Part shown: positions 10,140-20,475 of the stretch, piece after piece
Layout: every line of letters starts with the position of its first letter
Position numbering within the stretch: the first letter of the stretch is position 1
Assembly (NCBI GenBank): GCA_951813565.1
Contig: OX638351.1
Span: 3,040,001 to 3,104,000, forward strand
Source of the DNA: an uncultured Poribacteria bacterium
Lineage (GTDB): Bacteria > Poribacteria > WGA-4E > WGA-3G
Length of the DNA: 64,000 nucleotides
Direction: 5' to 3'
Program-made: the position numbers and the translations under genes
The notes under the pieces: generated by a model
The model's input: only the letters and a program-made list of their open reading frames with translations
What the model was told of the DNA's origin: nothing
Databases searched by the model: none

Positions 10140-10895
10140 TTATTTATCTGTTAGTGCTTTTGTATCCTGATGTTTAGTATCTGCAATTTGTTCGTTTTGT
10201 TTGATTAGATTGTGGGTTGCGATTGTTTTGAGGATATTGTGTGCGAGTCGAACATTTGTCGTAGCGTCTTTCTTATCACTTGTTTCAAAGATATGTTGTT
10301 TGATATATCCGTAGAGCGTTTCAAGTTCTAATGTGACGTTATCATCGTTTTTGAGGCTTTCATTTCGGTAACGTGCAAAATATTCATTGCGAGTTTGGTT
10401 AAATAGTTCACGATATTTTTGTGGAAATTGGGGATTCGTTCTATTATACCTACGTATTTGATTTGAGATTTCTGTTCTGACGTTTCGTTCGTGTTCATTA
10501 ACCTGATTATGATATTCTTTGAGGTGTTGTGTATGCAATCTATTACGTTTCTTTTCGATTTGTTGGGCATACTCATCCTCAATCTGTTCTTGGAGTTTGG
10601 GTATGTCCTGGTTGAATTTGCTATCTGCCTCGTTGCCGTATAGGTATTCGTATTTCTCTCTTAATCCTTCAAAGGAGACTGCAAAGTATTCATCTTTGTC
10701 AAGTTGATCTTCTCTTTCTTGATCGTTGCTATGTTGTTCCTGATTTTCATGAAGTATTGGGAGTTGTTGCATGGGAGGAGGTTGCGGTAGGTCATCAGAA
10801 AATTCTTCGAGAAATGCGCTTGTAACTTCTTTTCGTGTCATGAACTGTGCGAAACATTTGACGGCAAATTGTTTGTGTTTTTCTTCAAATTTCAT
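10140..10895 (-). CDS. Hypothetical protein, weakly DUF2280-like, with long acidic insertion
   Basis: ATG 10895 follows AAGGTG; segments FAVKCFAQFMTRKEV and KYRELFNQTRNEY recall DUF2280. Confidence 0.45.
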   Translation of the reverse strand: MKFEEKHKQFAVKCFAQFMTRKEVTSAFLEEFSDDLPQPPPMQQLPILHENQEQHSNDQEREDQLDKDEYFAVSFEGLREKYEYLYGNEADSKFNQDIPKLQEQIEDEYAQQIEKKRNRLHTQHLKEYHNQVNEHERNVRTEISNQIRRYNRTNPQFPQKYRELFNQTRNEYFARYRNESLKNDDNVTLELETLYGYIKQHIFETSDKKDATTNVRLAHNILKTIATHNLIKQNEQIADTKHQDTKALTDK

Positions 10896-10962
10896 TGGGA
10901 TCACCTTTATTAAATCATACCGTACGGTATGAAATTTCATACCATGGTATAATTTTCAAATT

Positions 10963-10997
10963 CTCCCTAAACCCAATGTATGTATAGGTTTAGGGAG
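10963..10997. terminator. Possible intrinsic terminator
   Basis: CTCCCTAAACC...GGTTTAGGGAG 11-bp stem followed by GTTTTCTT. Confidence 0.45.
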
Positions 10998-11006
10998 GTT
11001 TTCTTC

Positions 11007-11264
11007 TTAAGGAATAAATTCTGTATTTCTGCTCTGTGTTGAGGAATCATGTCTTTCCTTTTGTTGTAGATATCTCATGCGCATAAGTTTTGCATAGTCA
11101 TCTATGCACTTGGATAGTTGTCTGTCCCAATCTTCAGTGTCTTTGCAGTGTTTTACTCTCTGCAATCGCTTGTTAAGTGATTTCAACATTTTGCCGTAAA
11201 GGTTGTTCTCCAGATTTGTGATCTGTTCGTATTTGTATCTGTGGGATTGGTTTTGTTTTTTCAT
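11007..11264 (-). CDS. Hypothetical protein
   Basis: 85-aa ORF only; no recognisable motif. Confidence 0.35.
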   Translation of the reverse strand: MKKQNQSHRYKYEQITNLENNLYGKMLKSLNKRLQRVKHCKDTEDWDRQLSKCIDDYAKLMRMRYLQQKERHDSSTQSRNTEFIP

Positions 11265-11986
11265 ACTGATATTTTAACAGGTTATGATAGATAATCGGAA
11301 GTTTTTGTGATGTTTGGAACAATAGATATCCAATATATTTACAATAAGTTTGCAGAAAGAGTTGGTGGTTTGTCTGAACCAGGATTTTCAGAAATATGAG
11401 AGGAATGTAAATATTTTGGCAAAGGGCTGAAGTTTGCTTATAGCAATATACCTGTCGCCCCGCTGGGACTTGTTTCTGGGATGATACCTTTTATTAACAT
11501 TTCACTTCGCGAATCAACGCCAAATACGCGTTTGGTATTTGGCGGTAAATCTCACCTACCAGTGAATGTCCGAGGCGCAATGAATTGCGCTTGGTGAATG
11601 TGCGTCCGACATTCACATTAAACGCTGTAACGTATGGAAATAGGCAAACTACGTAAGTCCTAATAGGTTAAAATCCTTAAGTTGACATTTATGGAAATCG
11701 GGGTTGAAAACTCTCCCACAAGAAAAAGGGAATGGTTAATGACAAAATATTTACGCGCTCAGCATTTCAGAGGCATTCAATTGTCGGGTTTTTCTCAATA
11801 TTTCAGACAAGGTCGCGAGCTGGAGCTCGCTCCTACAAGAAGAGCCCTTTGAGAAAAGTTAGAAATTACTGGAGAATTGAATGGCTCTGTTAGCATTTCA
11901 GAACCACTTGACAATTTAGCAGGGATAGGGTAAGTTAATAGGTAAGGAATACATCATATTAATCTTCGTAGGAGTCATTAAAAACT

Positions 11987-12934
11987 GTGAAAGCGATTGT
12001 CATCAAACTATTACCCGACAAACGACGCGAAAAGACAGTCGTCACCGATTGGAAAGTGCCTGCACCGCCTGAGCGGAATGAGGTGTTGTGTGAAGCTGTT
12101 TTCACAGGTCTCACAAACGGCACGGAACGTAACCAACTTATTGGTGGTAACTATGCCCCATCTGATGAAAGTTTACCGTGTGGTGGCGGCTATCAGAACG
12201 TAGGACGTGTCATTGAAACTGGACCTGATGTAACACAACTTAAAGTGGGCGATCTTATTTACGCCAGTGTAGACCATGTTGAAAGGTGGACAATTGCGGA
12301 AAACGGTTTGCTTTTGAAATTGCCAGATGATGTTGACCCTGCTGAAGCGGCGCTTTTCGGCATATCTGGTGTGGCGATGCACTGTTGCCGTCGGATTGAT
12401 CCGCGTATCGGTGAAAGAGTGCTAATTGTTGGACAAGGATGTATCGGCATTTTTGCTGCACAGATTGCCTACGCGATGGGCGCGCGCGTTTCTGTATGTG
12501 ATATTGATGAATCCCGATTAGAACAGATGCATCAACTCGGTATCGCAGAAAATGTCTTCAACACAAGTGGCGATGGATGGAAAGCGCAAATTGCGGATGG
12601 AGGTTTTGATGCTGTGATGGATTTTGCGGGTGCTCCAGATATGGTTACGCCGATGATCCAGGCTTGTAAGACCCGTGGGCGTTTGCTTTTAGTCGCTGGG
12701 AGGTTTGATGTTAACTATACCTTCAACGTTGGGCAATTCAAGGAGATTAGCATTCTTCACTGTAGCCATTTTACAAAGGATGATCTGGAAAATCTCTGCC
12801 GTTTTCTCAGGCAAGGTTCCATTAAAATTGCGCCGCTTATTCGACACAAGGTAAACCTTACCGAAGTGCCGCAGATATACCGTTGGCTCCGTGATGAACC
12901 GATGCGGTTGCTTGGTACAGTATTTGAATGGTAA
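11987..12934 (+). CDS. Zinc-type (MDR) alcohol dehydrogenase family protein
   Basis: GYQNVGRV, VLIVGQGCIG; TTGACA-17-TAAGTT promoter at 11908-11936. Confidence 0.85.
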   Translation: MKAIVIKLLPDKRREKTVVTDWKVPAPPERNEVLCEAVFTGLTNGTERNQLIGGNYAPSDESLPCGGGYQNVGRVIETGPDVTQLKVGDLIYASVDHVERWTIAENGLLLKLPDDVDPAEAALFGISGVAMHCCRRIDPRIGERVLIVGQGCIGIFAAQIAYAMGARVSVCDIDESRLEQMHQLGIAENVFNTSGDGWKAQIADGGFDAVMDFAGAPDMVTPMIQACKTRGRLLLVAGRFDVNYTFNVGQFKEISILHCSHFTKDDLENLCRFLRQGSIKIAPLIRHKVNLTEVPQIYRWLRDEPMRLLGTVFEW

Positions 12935-12980
12935 TATTGAATTAACGTGGGTTTATAGGACAAGGCCCTCGTACTTCAGT

Positions 12981-13092
12981 TGATAGCACGCTTACAATCG
13001 GGGTTGAAAACCCCTCCCACAAGAAAGATCACACAGATGATAGCACGCTTACAATCGGGGTTGAAAACCCCTCCCACAAGAAAGATCACACA
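12981..13092. repeat. Tandem 57-bp duplication containing REP ATCGGGGTTGAAAACCCCTCCCACAAG
   Basis: Two adjacent identical units. Confidence 0.85.
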
Positions 13093-13178
13093 CAGATGTA
13101 AGTGATCATAACATAGTTTGGCACGCTTACAAAGCGCGCCTACCAGAGATATTTATATATTTTCATATAGGAGAATTT

Positions 13179-14147
13179 ATGTCAGACGTTAGATTAGGTT
13201 TTATTGGCACAGGTGGCAACATGAATCGTCACTTGCGTGAATTAACTCAAATTGGCGGCAACAAATTCGTTGCCTTCTGTGATATTGTCATCGAAAAAGC
13301 TGAACGTGCCGTTGAGCAGTACGGTGGTAAAGCTTACGCAGATTACAACGAGATGCTCGCAAAAGAGGAATTGGATGCGGTTTATATCTCAATTCCGCCG
13401 TTCGCACACGGCGCACCTGAGAAGGCTGTTATCGCCGCAGGACTTCCAATGTTTGTGGAAAAACCTGTCCACATGGATGCCGACGAAGCAAAGGAAATTG
13501 CTGCGCAAGTTGAGGACAAAGGCATCATTACCGCCTGTGGCTATCAGGAACGTTACTTTGATATTATTGACAAGGCGCAGGAACTTCTTGTCTCACGACG
13601 TGTTGGGTTTTTTATGGGCTACTGGATGGGCGGCATGCCTGGCGGCTGGTGGCGCGAGAAGGCAAAATCTGGTGGTCAACTCATGGAGCAGACGACACAT
13701 GAATTTGATATGGCGCGCTATCTCTTTGGTGAAGTCAAAACCGTCTATGCTGTTGCCAGATATGATCTCATTCCTAATACCGATTACGACATTGAGGAAG
13801 CATCTGCTGTTTCTTTGCAGTTTGAGAGCGGCGTGTTTGGCATTATGTTCTCTGCGTGTTTTACAACTAACGGACTACGACGTTCTGGGTTAGACATTTT
13901 CTGTGAGGACGGTTCACTGGAATATCACCTCCGCCGAGCACTTGTCTTATCTACTGCTGACGGGACAGAAACATGGAAACCTGAAAATAATTGCACAATT
14001 GACATGGATAGCACTTTTATTGAGGCAGTTCGTACAGGAGATGGCAGCGCAATTCGCTCCCCGTATTCTGATGCTGCGAAGACTGCTATATTGTCCATTG
14101 CAGCGAATCAATCTTTGGAAACTGGCGATCCTGTTCATTTGACGTAA
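13179..14147 (+). CDS. Gfo/Idh/MocA family oxidoreductase
   Basis: GFIGTGG, FVEKP, EQTTHEFD. Confidence 0.9.
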   Translation: MSDVRLGFIGTGGNMNRHLRELTQIGGNKFVAFCDIVIEKAERAVEQYGGKAYADYNEMLAKEELDAVYISIPPFAHGAPEKAVIAAGLPMFVEKPVHMDADEAKEIAAQVEDKGIITACGYQERYFDIIDKAQELLVSRRVGFFMGYWMGGMPGGWWREKAKSGGQLMEQTTHEFDMARYLFGEVKTVYAVARYDLIPNTDYDIEEASAVSLQFESGVFGIMFSACFTTNGLRRSGLDIFCEDGSLEYHLRRALVLSTADGTETWKPENNCTIDMDSTFIEAVRTGDGSAIRSPYSDAAKTAILSIAANQSLETGDPVHLT

Positions 14148-14188
14148 GGTATTGCAAAATATGAGAAATTATCTTATAATCAAGGGCC

Positions 14189-14905
14189 ATGACAAATTTA
14201 CAAATACCTTATGCCTATACTCCCAATAAAACTCCAGTGTCCCCTGAAGTAGCAGAAAAAGGACAGGATTTCTCGTGTCCACTATGTGAGTGTGAAGTTG
14301 TCTTGAGACGTGGAGAAATTAGGCAACCTCATTTTGCCCATAAGCCTGATACTGGGTGCTCAGGTGAAGGCGTTGGTCATAAGGTTGCAAAACAGATGAT
14401 TTACCTTATGTATTTAAGAAATGTTCGCGATGTAATGACGAGTGTTACAACGTCCCGAAGATGTCCTAACTGCTCGAAAGATGTTCTTTTTATCCAAACA
14501 CCACAATATGATGATGTCGCATGCGAAGTTGATGTTGGCGAATATAGAGTAGACGTTGCGCTTTTACGAGATGGCGAACCTGTTTCTGGTATAGAGGTTC
14601 GGGACACTCATCCCGTTGATGATGAGAAATGGGATGGCTTCCGGGAATTGGGGTTCCCATGTATAGAAGTGGAATCCAAAGATGTTATTTATATGTGGGA
14701 ATATGATTTAAAGTCTTGGAGACAGGCTATTCCAAAACTGCCTGTGCCCATGCGTCTTGACTTGAGGATAATAAAACATAATCTATTTCTTTTCAATGAT
14801 CAACTCCGTCGCATTTATTGCGATGAATGTGATAAAGATATGGATAATGAAATTGAAAATGAGCACGATATACTGAAGAGTTTTCTTCCACATATCCCTT
14901 TCTAA
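14189..14905 (+). CDS. CoiA-like protein (Zn ribbon plus PD-(D/E)XK nuclease-like domain)
   Basis: CPLC..PHFAHK..C, HKVAK, RVDVAL..GIEV. Confidence 0.7.
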   Translation: MTNLQIPYAYTPNKTPVSPEVAEKGQDFSCPLCECEVVLRRGEIRQPHFAHKPDTGCSGEGVGHKVAKQMIYLMYLRNVRDVMTSVTTSRRCPNCSKDVLFIQTPQYDDVACEVDVGEYRVDVALLRDGEPVSGIEVRDTHPVDDEKWDGFRELGFPCIEVESKDVIYMWEYDLKSWRQAIPKLPVPMRLDLRIIKHNLFLFNDQLRRIYCDECDKDMDNEIENEHDILKSFLPHIPF

Positions 14906-15224
14906 GCCATAAAGTAGTAGTCTGTCCATTCAATTTTTGTGGGTAAAGGCCGCGATTCGGAGATCGCTCCTACCAATACGGTCATCTTTTTGTAGGAGGG
15001 AACTCCGATTCCCGATTGTTATTATCCTATAATTTAAGGCTGGACACTCCAGTAGTTTAGAAGAATTGTTAAGTTAATAGTTATCAACCATACTCCACAT
15101 GCCGTCTGCCAAAGACTTACGGCACACGGAGCGTGCCTACTACCTTAATCGCACACCTAATTTTGAATATTTTGGGTACACCCTTCACGTAAGTACCAAG
15201 ATCAAATATTTTGAGGGTCTTAAA

Positions 15225-17450
15225 ATGCAACAGCAAATTAACCTTCCCATCACTGGCATGCATTGCGAAGGTTGTGCTGCCACTATCACCCACAATCTTG
15301 AAGAGATGGCGGGTATCTTCGTAGCAAATGTTAGCATTGCAACGGAGCAGGCGGCGATCACTTTTAATCCCTCTGCGCTCAGCGAAGATACAATCGTTGA
15401 CAAAATCCGCTCTCTCGGATTTGACGTTGTTGATGCGGATTCTGAAGCAGCCGCGCGTGATGCAGAACTCCAACGACAAAAGTTGCAATTCAGTGTTGGT
15501 GTCCTTTTCACGCTCCCGTTATTCTTGCTCAGCATGGGCAGAGACATGGGATTGATAGGTGAATGGGCACACGATCCTTGGGTTAACTGGGTGATGTTTG
15601 TTTTAGCATTGCCCGTTCAGGTCTATGTAGGTTGGGATTACTATGTCGGTAGCATAAAGGCATTGCGGAATCGTTCTGCCAATATGGATGTACTTGTGGC
15701 GATGGGTTCATCTGTAGCGTTTATCTATAGTGTCGTTGTCATGGCTGCCCTCACATTTAATCTACAAGGGTTTGGAGACCACGTCTATTTTGAGACAGCG
15801 GCTGTTATCATTACCCTTATTAAACTCGGCAAACTTCTGGAAGCGCGTGCGAAAGGGCAGACCAGTGCTGCCCTCAAAAAACTGATGCGACTCTCTCCGA
15901 AAACTGCGTGTGTCCTCAGAGATGGTGAAGAAAATCACATTCCGATTGAACAGGTAGCCGTTGGTGATCTATTGATTGTTCGTCCCGGTGGAAGCATGCC
16001 TGTTGATGGCATTGTGCGCGAGGGTGCAAGTGCTGTTGACGAAAGTTTGTTTACCGGTGAAAGTATGCCTTTAGACAAGTCAGTAGGGGATACCGTTGCC
16101 AGTGCCACAATCAATCAAAGTGGTATGCTCACAATTGAGGCTACACGCGTTGGTTCAGAAACCTCTCTTGCCCAGCTTGTTCAGTTGGTGCAAGCAACGC
16201 AACAGAGCAAAGCACCTATTCAACGCACTGCGGATGCTGTCGCAAGCGTGTTCGTGCCTGTTGTGTTATGTATCGCTGTTGTGACGTTTCTCGTGTGGTG
16301 GTTTCTTGTCGGACAAGGATTTACATCTGCGATACTTCGGTTGGTGGCGGTGTTGGTTATTGCGTGTCCATGTGCGTTAGGACTTGCCACGCCGACAGCG
16401 ATTATGGTCAGCACAGGGATCGGTGCGCATCGTGGTATTCTTTTTCGGAATAGTGAAGCATTAGAGCATGTTGGCGCATTATCTCGGATTGTTCTTGACA
16501 AAACTGGCACCTTAACACAAGGACAACTCACGCTCACAGATATTATTGCGAATGAAGGAGACGAAAGCCAATTACTACAGATAGCTGCCTCTGCGGAGCG
16601 CGGCAGTGAACACCCTATTGGAAAAGCAATCGTTCTCGCCGCTTCTGAACGCGGGATTGACACCTCTGCACCTACGGAGTTTACTGCTGTTGCTGGCAAC
16701 GGTATCATTGCTCAGCTTAATGAGAATCAAGTGATAATAGGTAATCTATCTTTGATGGAACAGCATCAAATTCCGACTGAGACGTTTGAAACGGAAGCGG
16801 AACGACTACAAACGGACGCTAAAACGGTGTTGTGGGTGGCAATTGATTTGCAGGTAAAGGGGCTCCTTGCGGTTGCGGATACAGTAAAGTCTGAAGCAAA
16901 AGCTGCTGTCACCGAACTCCGACAACTCGGATGTGAGGTGACAATGATGACCGGGGACAACCGTGGGACTGCCGCTGCTATTGCAAAAAATGTTGGGATT
17001 ACCGATGTGATGGCGGAACTTCTCCCCGAAGACAAAGCCTTTGCCGTCAAAGAAGCACAAGAAGGGACAGATGGTTTTGTTGCGATGGTGGGGGACGGCA
17101 TTAACGATGCGCCTGCGTTAGCACAAGCGGATGTCGGCATGGCACTCGGCACGGGGACAGATATTGCTATGGAAACAGCCGATTTGACGTTGATGCATGG
17201 CGACCTCCGCGCTATTCCCGATGCTATCCGCTTAAGCCGTGCCACGCTCCGCACGATTAAACAGAATCTGTTTTGGGCGTTTTTCTACAATGTGCTGTTA
17301 ATTCCTGTTGCTGCAGGTGTGTTGTTTTCGCTTTCGTTTGTGCCTGAAATGTTGCAAAAGTTGCATCCTATGCTTGCGGCGTTTGCGATGGCGTTTAGTA
17401 GTGTGTCTGTTGTGCTGAATAGTCTGCGGTTGCAGTGGAAGAAATGGTAA
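15225..17450 (+). CDS. copA: Copper-translocating P1B-type ATPase
   Basis: HMA GMHCEGC, TGES, CPC, DKTGT, SEHP, GDGIND, YN and MAFSS Cu+ motifs; the upstream ORF extension runs over a REP so start taken at 15225. Confidence 0.9.
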   Translation: MQQQINLPITGMHCEGCAATITHNLEEMAGIFVANVSIATEQAAITFNPSALSEDTIVDKIRSLGFDVVDADSEAAARDAELQRQKLQFSVGVLFTLPLFLLSMGRDMGLIGEWAHDPWVNWVMFVLALPVQVYVGWDYYVGSIKALRNRSANMDVLVAMGSSVAFIYSVVVMAALTFNLQGFGDHVYFETAAVIITLIKLGKLLEARAKGQTSAALKKLMRLSPKTACVLRDGEENHIPIEQVAVGDLLIVRPGGSMPVDGIVREGASAVDESLFTGESMPLDKSVGDTVASATINQSGMLTIEATRVGSETSLAQLVQLVQATQQSKAPIQRTADAVASVFVPVVLCIAVVTFLVWWFLVGQGFTSAILRLVAVLVIACPCALGLATPTAIMVSTGIGAHRGILFRNSEALEHVGALSRIVLDKTGTLTQGQLTLTDIIANEGDESQLLQIAASAERGSEHPIGKAIVLAASERGIDTSAPTEFTAVAGNGIIAQLNENQVIIGNLSLMEQHQIPTETFETEAERLQTDAKTVLWVAIDLQVKGLLAVADTVKSEAKAAVTELRQLGCEVTMMTGDNRGTAAAIAKNVGITDVMAELLPEDKAFAVKEAQEGTDGFVAMVGDGINDAPALAQADVGMALGTGTDIAMETADLTLMHGDLRAIPDAIRLSRATLRTIKQNLFWAFFYNVLLIPVAAGVLFSLSFVPEMLQKLHPMLAAFAMAFSSVSVVLNSLRLQWKKW

Positions 17451-17483
17451 GCAAGCTTGATTTATGAGATGAGGAATTATACT

Positions 17484-20460
17484 ATGGCAATAAGAGATAT
17501 ATTTCGTAAATCGTTGTGGTTTCAGTTGCTGCTTGTGTCTGTTGTTAGCATGTTCGTCTACAACGCTTTCGTCTATGCAGAAGATGTTGATCACTGGATG
17601 CCGGATGCGAACTTGCGACAAACAGTGCGTGAGGCTTTAGAGTTGCCTGCAGACATCCTGTTGACCAGAGAGAAGATGCTGGGGTTGTCAGAACTAAGAG
17701 CATCTGGTAAAAACATCACTGACTTAAGTGGTTTAGAGTTTGCTGAGAATTTAAAGGTTTTAGAACTTGGAGAGAATCGAATAAAAGATATTCGATCGCT
17801 TGCTATGCTCACTTCCCTGATGAATCTCAATTTAGGAAATAATCAAGTGAAAAACATAACTTCACTTGCAAATCTAACGAACTTGAGATTATTAAGTTTG
17901 TGGAACAATCAGATAACCGATATATCTCCTCTGGCTTCGCTAATAACTCTAACGTACCTAAATGCGGGTAGTAATCATATCCGTGACATTCAACCACTTG
18001 TTGCCCTTAAAAGTCTTGAAACATTAGACCTTGCACACAATCAAATAGAGGATATTGCGCCGCTTGCAGAGTTGAATATACTAAACGTGAGTTTGATAAT
18101 TAACTGGACAGGCAAAAATTGAACAGAGAACGGGCATATTTGCTGAAAAAATCGTTATTTTGGTGTTTTTAACCCTAAATCCCTCTTATCAGAGGACTTT
18201 AAGAGGAAATGTAGAAATCCTAACTATTTATCAAACTCACGTTATACTAAAGGTGCTGATACTCCTGGACAATCTAATTTCAGACTTTAGTCCACTTGCT
18301 GGACTGACTTCGTTGCATACACTGCGGATTGAAAGAAATTGGGGCAGAGATATCAGTAGTCTCGATTCACTAAATCTAACTGATTTCCGTTATGATCAAG
18401 TATGCGAGTTGCCACCGGTAGGGCCTCCAGTCGTTTCACGAATTGAGGGTCGGAACTTTCCTTCCGTTTTCCAAGCGTGGGATCACATAAAGAACAAAAT
18501 AAACGTAGATGAAGCTACTGCTTCCCACGATCTTTATTTTGGTGCTTCTTTCGATTTGTGGTGGGTTACTACATCAACAGAACCTTATGGGTTAGCAAAA
18601 ACGTTTGTTGGGGACTTGAAGAGGGCGAGTGAAATGCATCAACGACTTATTGATATAATGCCAATATGCTTTTTCTTGTTGAAATCCGTATCCACAACCA
18701 TCTATGGTCATCTGCATTTCCCCCTGATTCCAATTTTTGGCTCAGAGATAATAACAATCAAATAATCCACAACCAGAATGGTATAAATCTCATAAATTTC
18801 TTAAACCCTGATGTTCAGGATCTAATCGTGGATCGTATTGTAGCAATTGAACAGTGTGGACTTTTCGACGGAATTATGCTAGACGGCTTCGCTTGGAATG
18901 CCATCGGTTTTGTAGACTACCATCTTCATTCTGCGACAGATGCAGAGATTATTGCAGCAACCACCCGTATTTTTCGTGAAACACGTTCCCGCGTTCGAGA
19001 CGATTTTCTTATACTCGTGAACGCTAACCGCACAAAACCTACTGCCTATGCGGAATACGTCAACGGTAGTTTCATGGAAACTGAACAAGACCATCCTAAC
19101 GGTTATACTTATCGCGGGCTTTCTGATATAGAGGATGCTTTGTTATGGAATGAGGAAAATCTACGATCTCCACAGATTAATTGTTTGGAAGGTGAGGGTA
19201 TCGGAACAGAGTCACCAGACAGTTCTAACAACCGACGCTGGATGCGTGTTTTCACGACAATGGGTTTGACACTCTGATGGTTATGTCCTTTACAATACAG
19301 GTAAGCGATTTTACGGGGGACCTGACCACGAACACATCTGGTATGATTTCTGGGATGCCGATTTAGGGCAACCTATCGGAGAAAAGGCGAAGTTATATGA
19401 TGAAGACATTGAGGGCTTATTTATCCGTGAGTTTACGAATGGCTGGGCGGTCTATAACCGCAGCGGACAAGCACAGACTATTCAATTGCCGATGAAATCC
19501 TCCAGCGTCGCAAGTGGTATTAATGAGATACAGCATACGATTCCCGATTTAGATGGTGAAATCTTACTGAAACAGGAAACCAGAGTAACTATGAATGGTG
19601 TTGTCAAAGTATTAGATATTGGGACAGTGGCTCCGCCAGAATTGGTGTCACAATTGATACCTGACACTAATCTACGGGCGGCAATTATAGAAGAAATAGG
19701 CTTACAAAATGGCGTGCCACTCAGAGAAGAACATCTCAAGTGGTTGACACGAGTAGTTGCATGGAACAGTGAAATAAGCGACTTAACAGGCTTAGAATAT
19801 GCAACGAATCTAAAAAATTTCAGTGCTTGCGGCAACCAAATAAGCGATCTATCCCTGTTAGCGGAGTTAATTCATCTTGAGGGTCTAACGCTATGTGGAA
19901 ATCCGTTATCCGATATTTCACCGCTCTCTGGACTTACAAATTTGAAAAGCTTGGACTTAGGTTTAAATCCGACAGCTGACGTTAGTCCGCTTAGAAACCT
20001 GACAAAATTGGAGGTTCTAAATATCGGTGGGGGTGGTGAGATTGAAGATATTACCGTATTAGCCAATCTAACACAACTACATTTTTTAAGGGCTGATAAT
20101 AATAGGATTAGCGACATCCAGCCACTTGCTGGTTTAAAAAACCTGAAAGTGCTTGAGATTAGTAATAACAGCATTTCAGATTTTAGTCCGTTAGCCGGTC
20201 TGAACAATTTAGAAAAACTTGATGTTAGAGGTAATCCGATAGACGACCTGACACCGCTACTGGCATTGAATCTGGTTGAATTTGAATATGATGAAGCGTT
20301 ACTGGAAACCGATCCCTCTGCGGACATCAACAGCGATGGCGTGGTGAATATTCAGGATTTAGTGATTATCGCAAATGCGTTTGGCGAAGCGGAACCAGAT
20401 CTGAATGGTGATGGTGTCGTGAACATACAGGACTTGGTCATTGTAGCAAACGCGTTTTAG
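17484..20460 (+). pseudogene. Fragmented LRR/putative glycoside hydrolase/LRR/dockerin gene
   Basis: Four ORF pieces colinear with paralog 20476-23058; MITE at 18084-18243; frameshifts near 18658 and 19272. Confidence 0.88.
18084..18243. mobile_element. 160-bp MITE inserted in the LRR gene
   Basis: Perfect 16-bp TIR AACGTGAGTTTGATAA/TTATCAAACTCACGTT; 6-bp TSD ATACTA; excision restores AELNILKVLILLDN. Confidence 0.92.
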
Positions 20461-20475
20461 GAAAGGAGATCACCT

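Noticed and set aside
9251..10177. Short ORFs in the repeat pile-up, and most antisense or nested ORFs in the track
   Set aside because: They are translations of repeats or shadows of real genes, with no RBS or motifs
12981..13092. Possible mini CRISPR array (likewise 61854-61970)
   Set aside because: Whole-unit tandem duplications with identical intervening sequence
15099..15224. N-terminal extension of CopA in the ORF track
   Set aside because: It runs across a REP; the HMA domain begins right after ATG 15225
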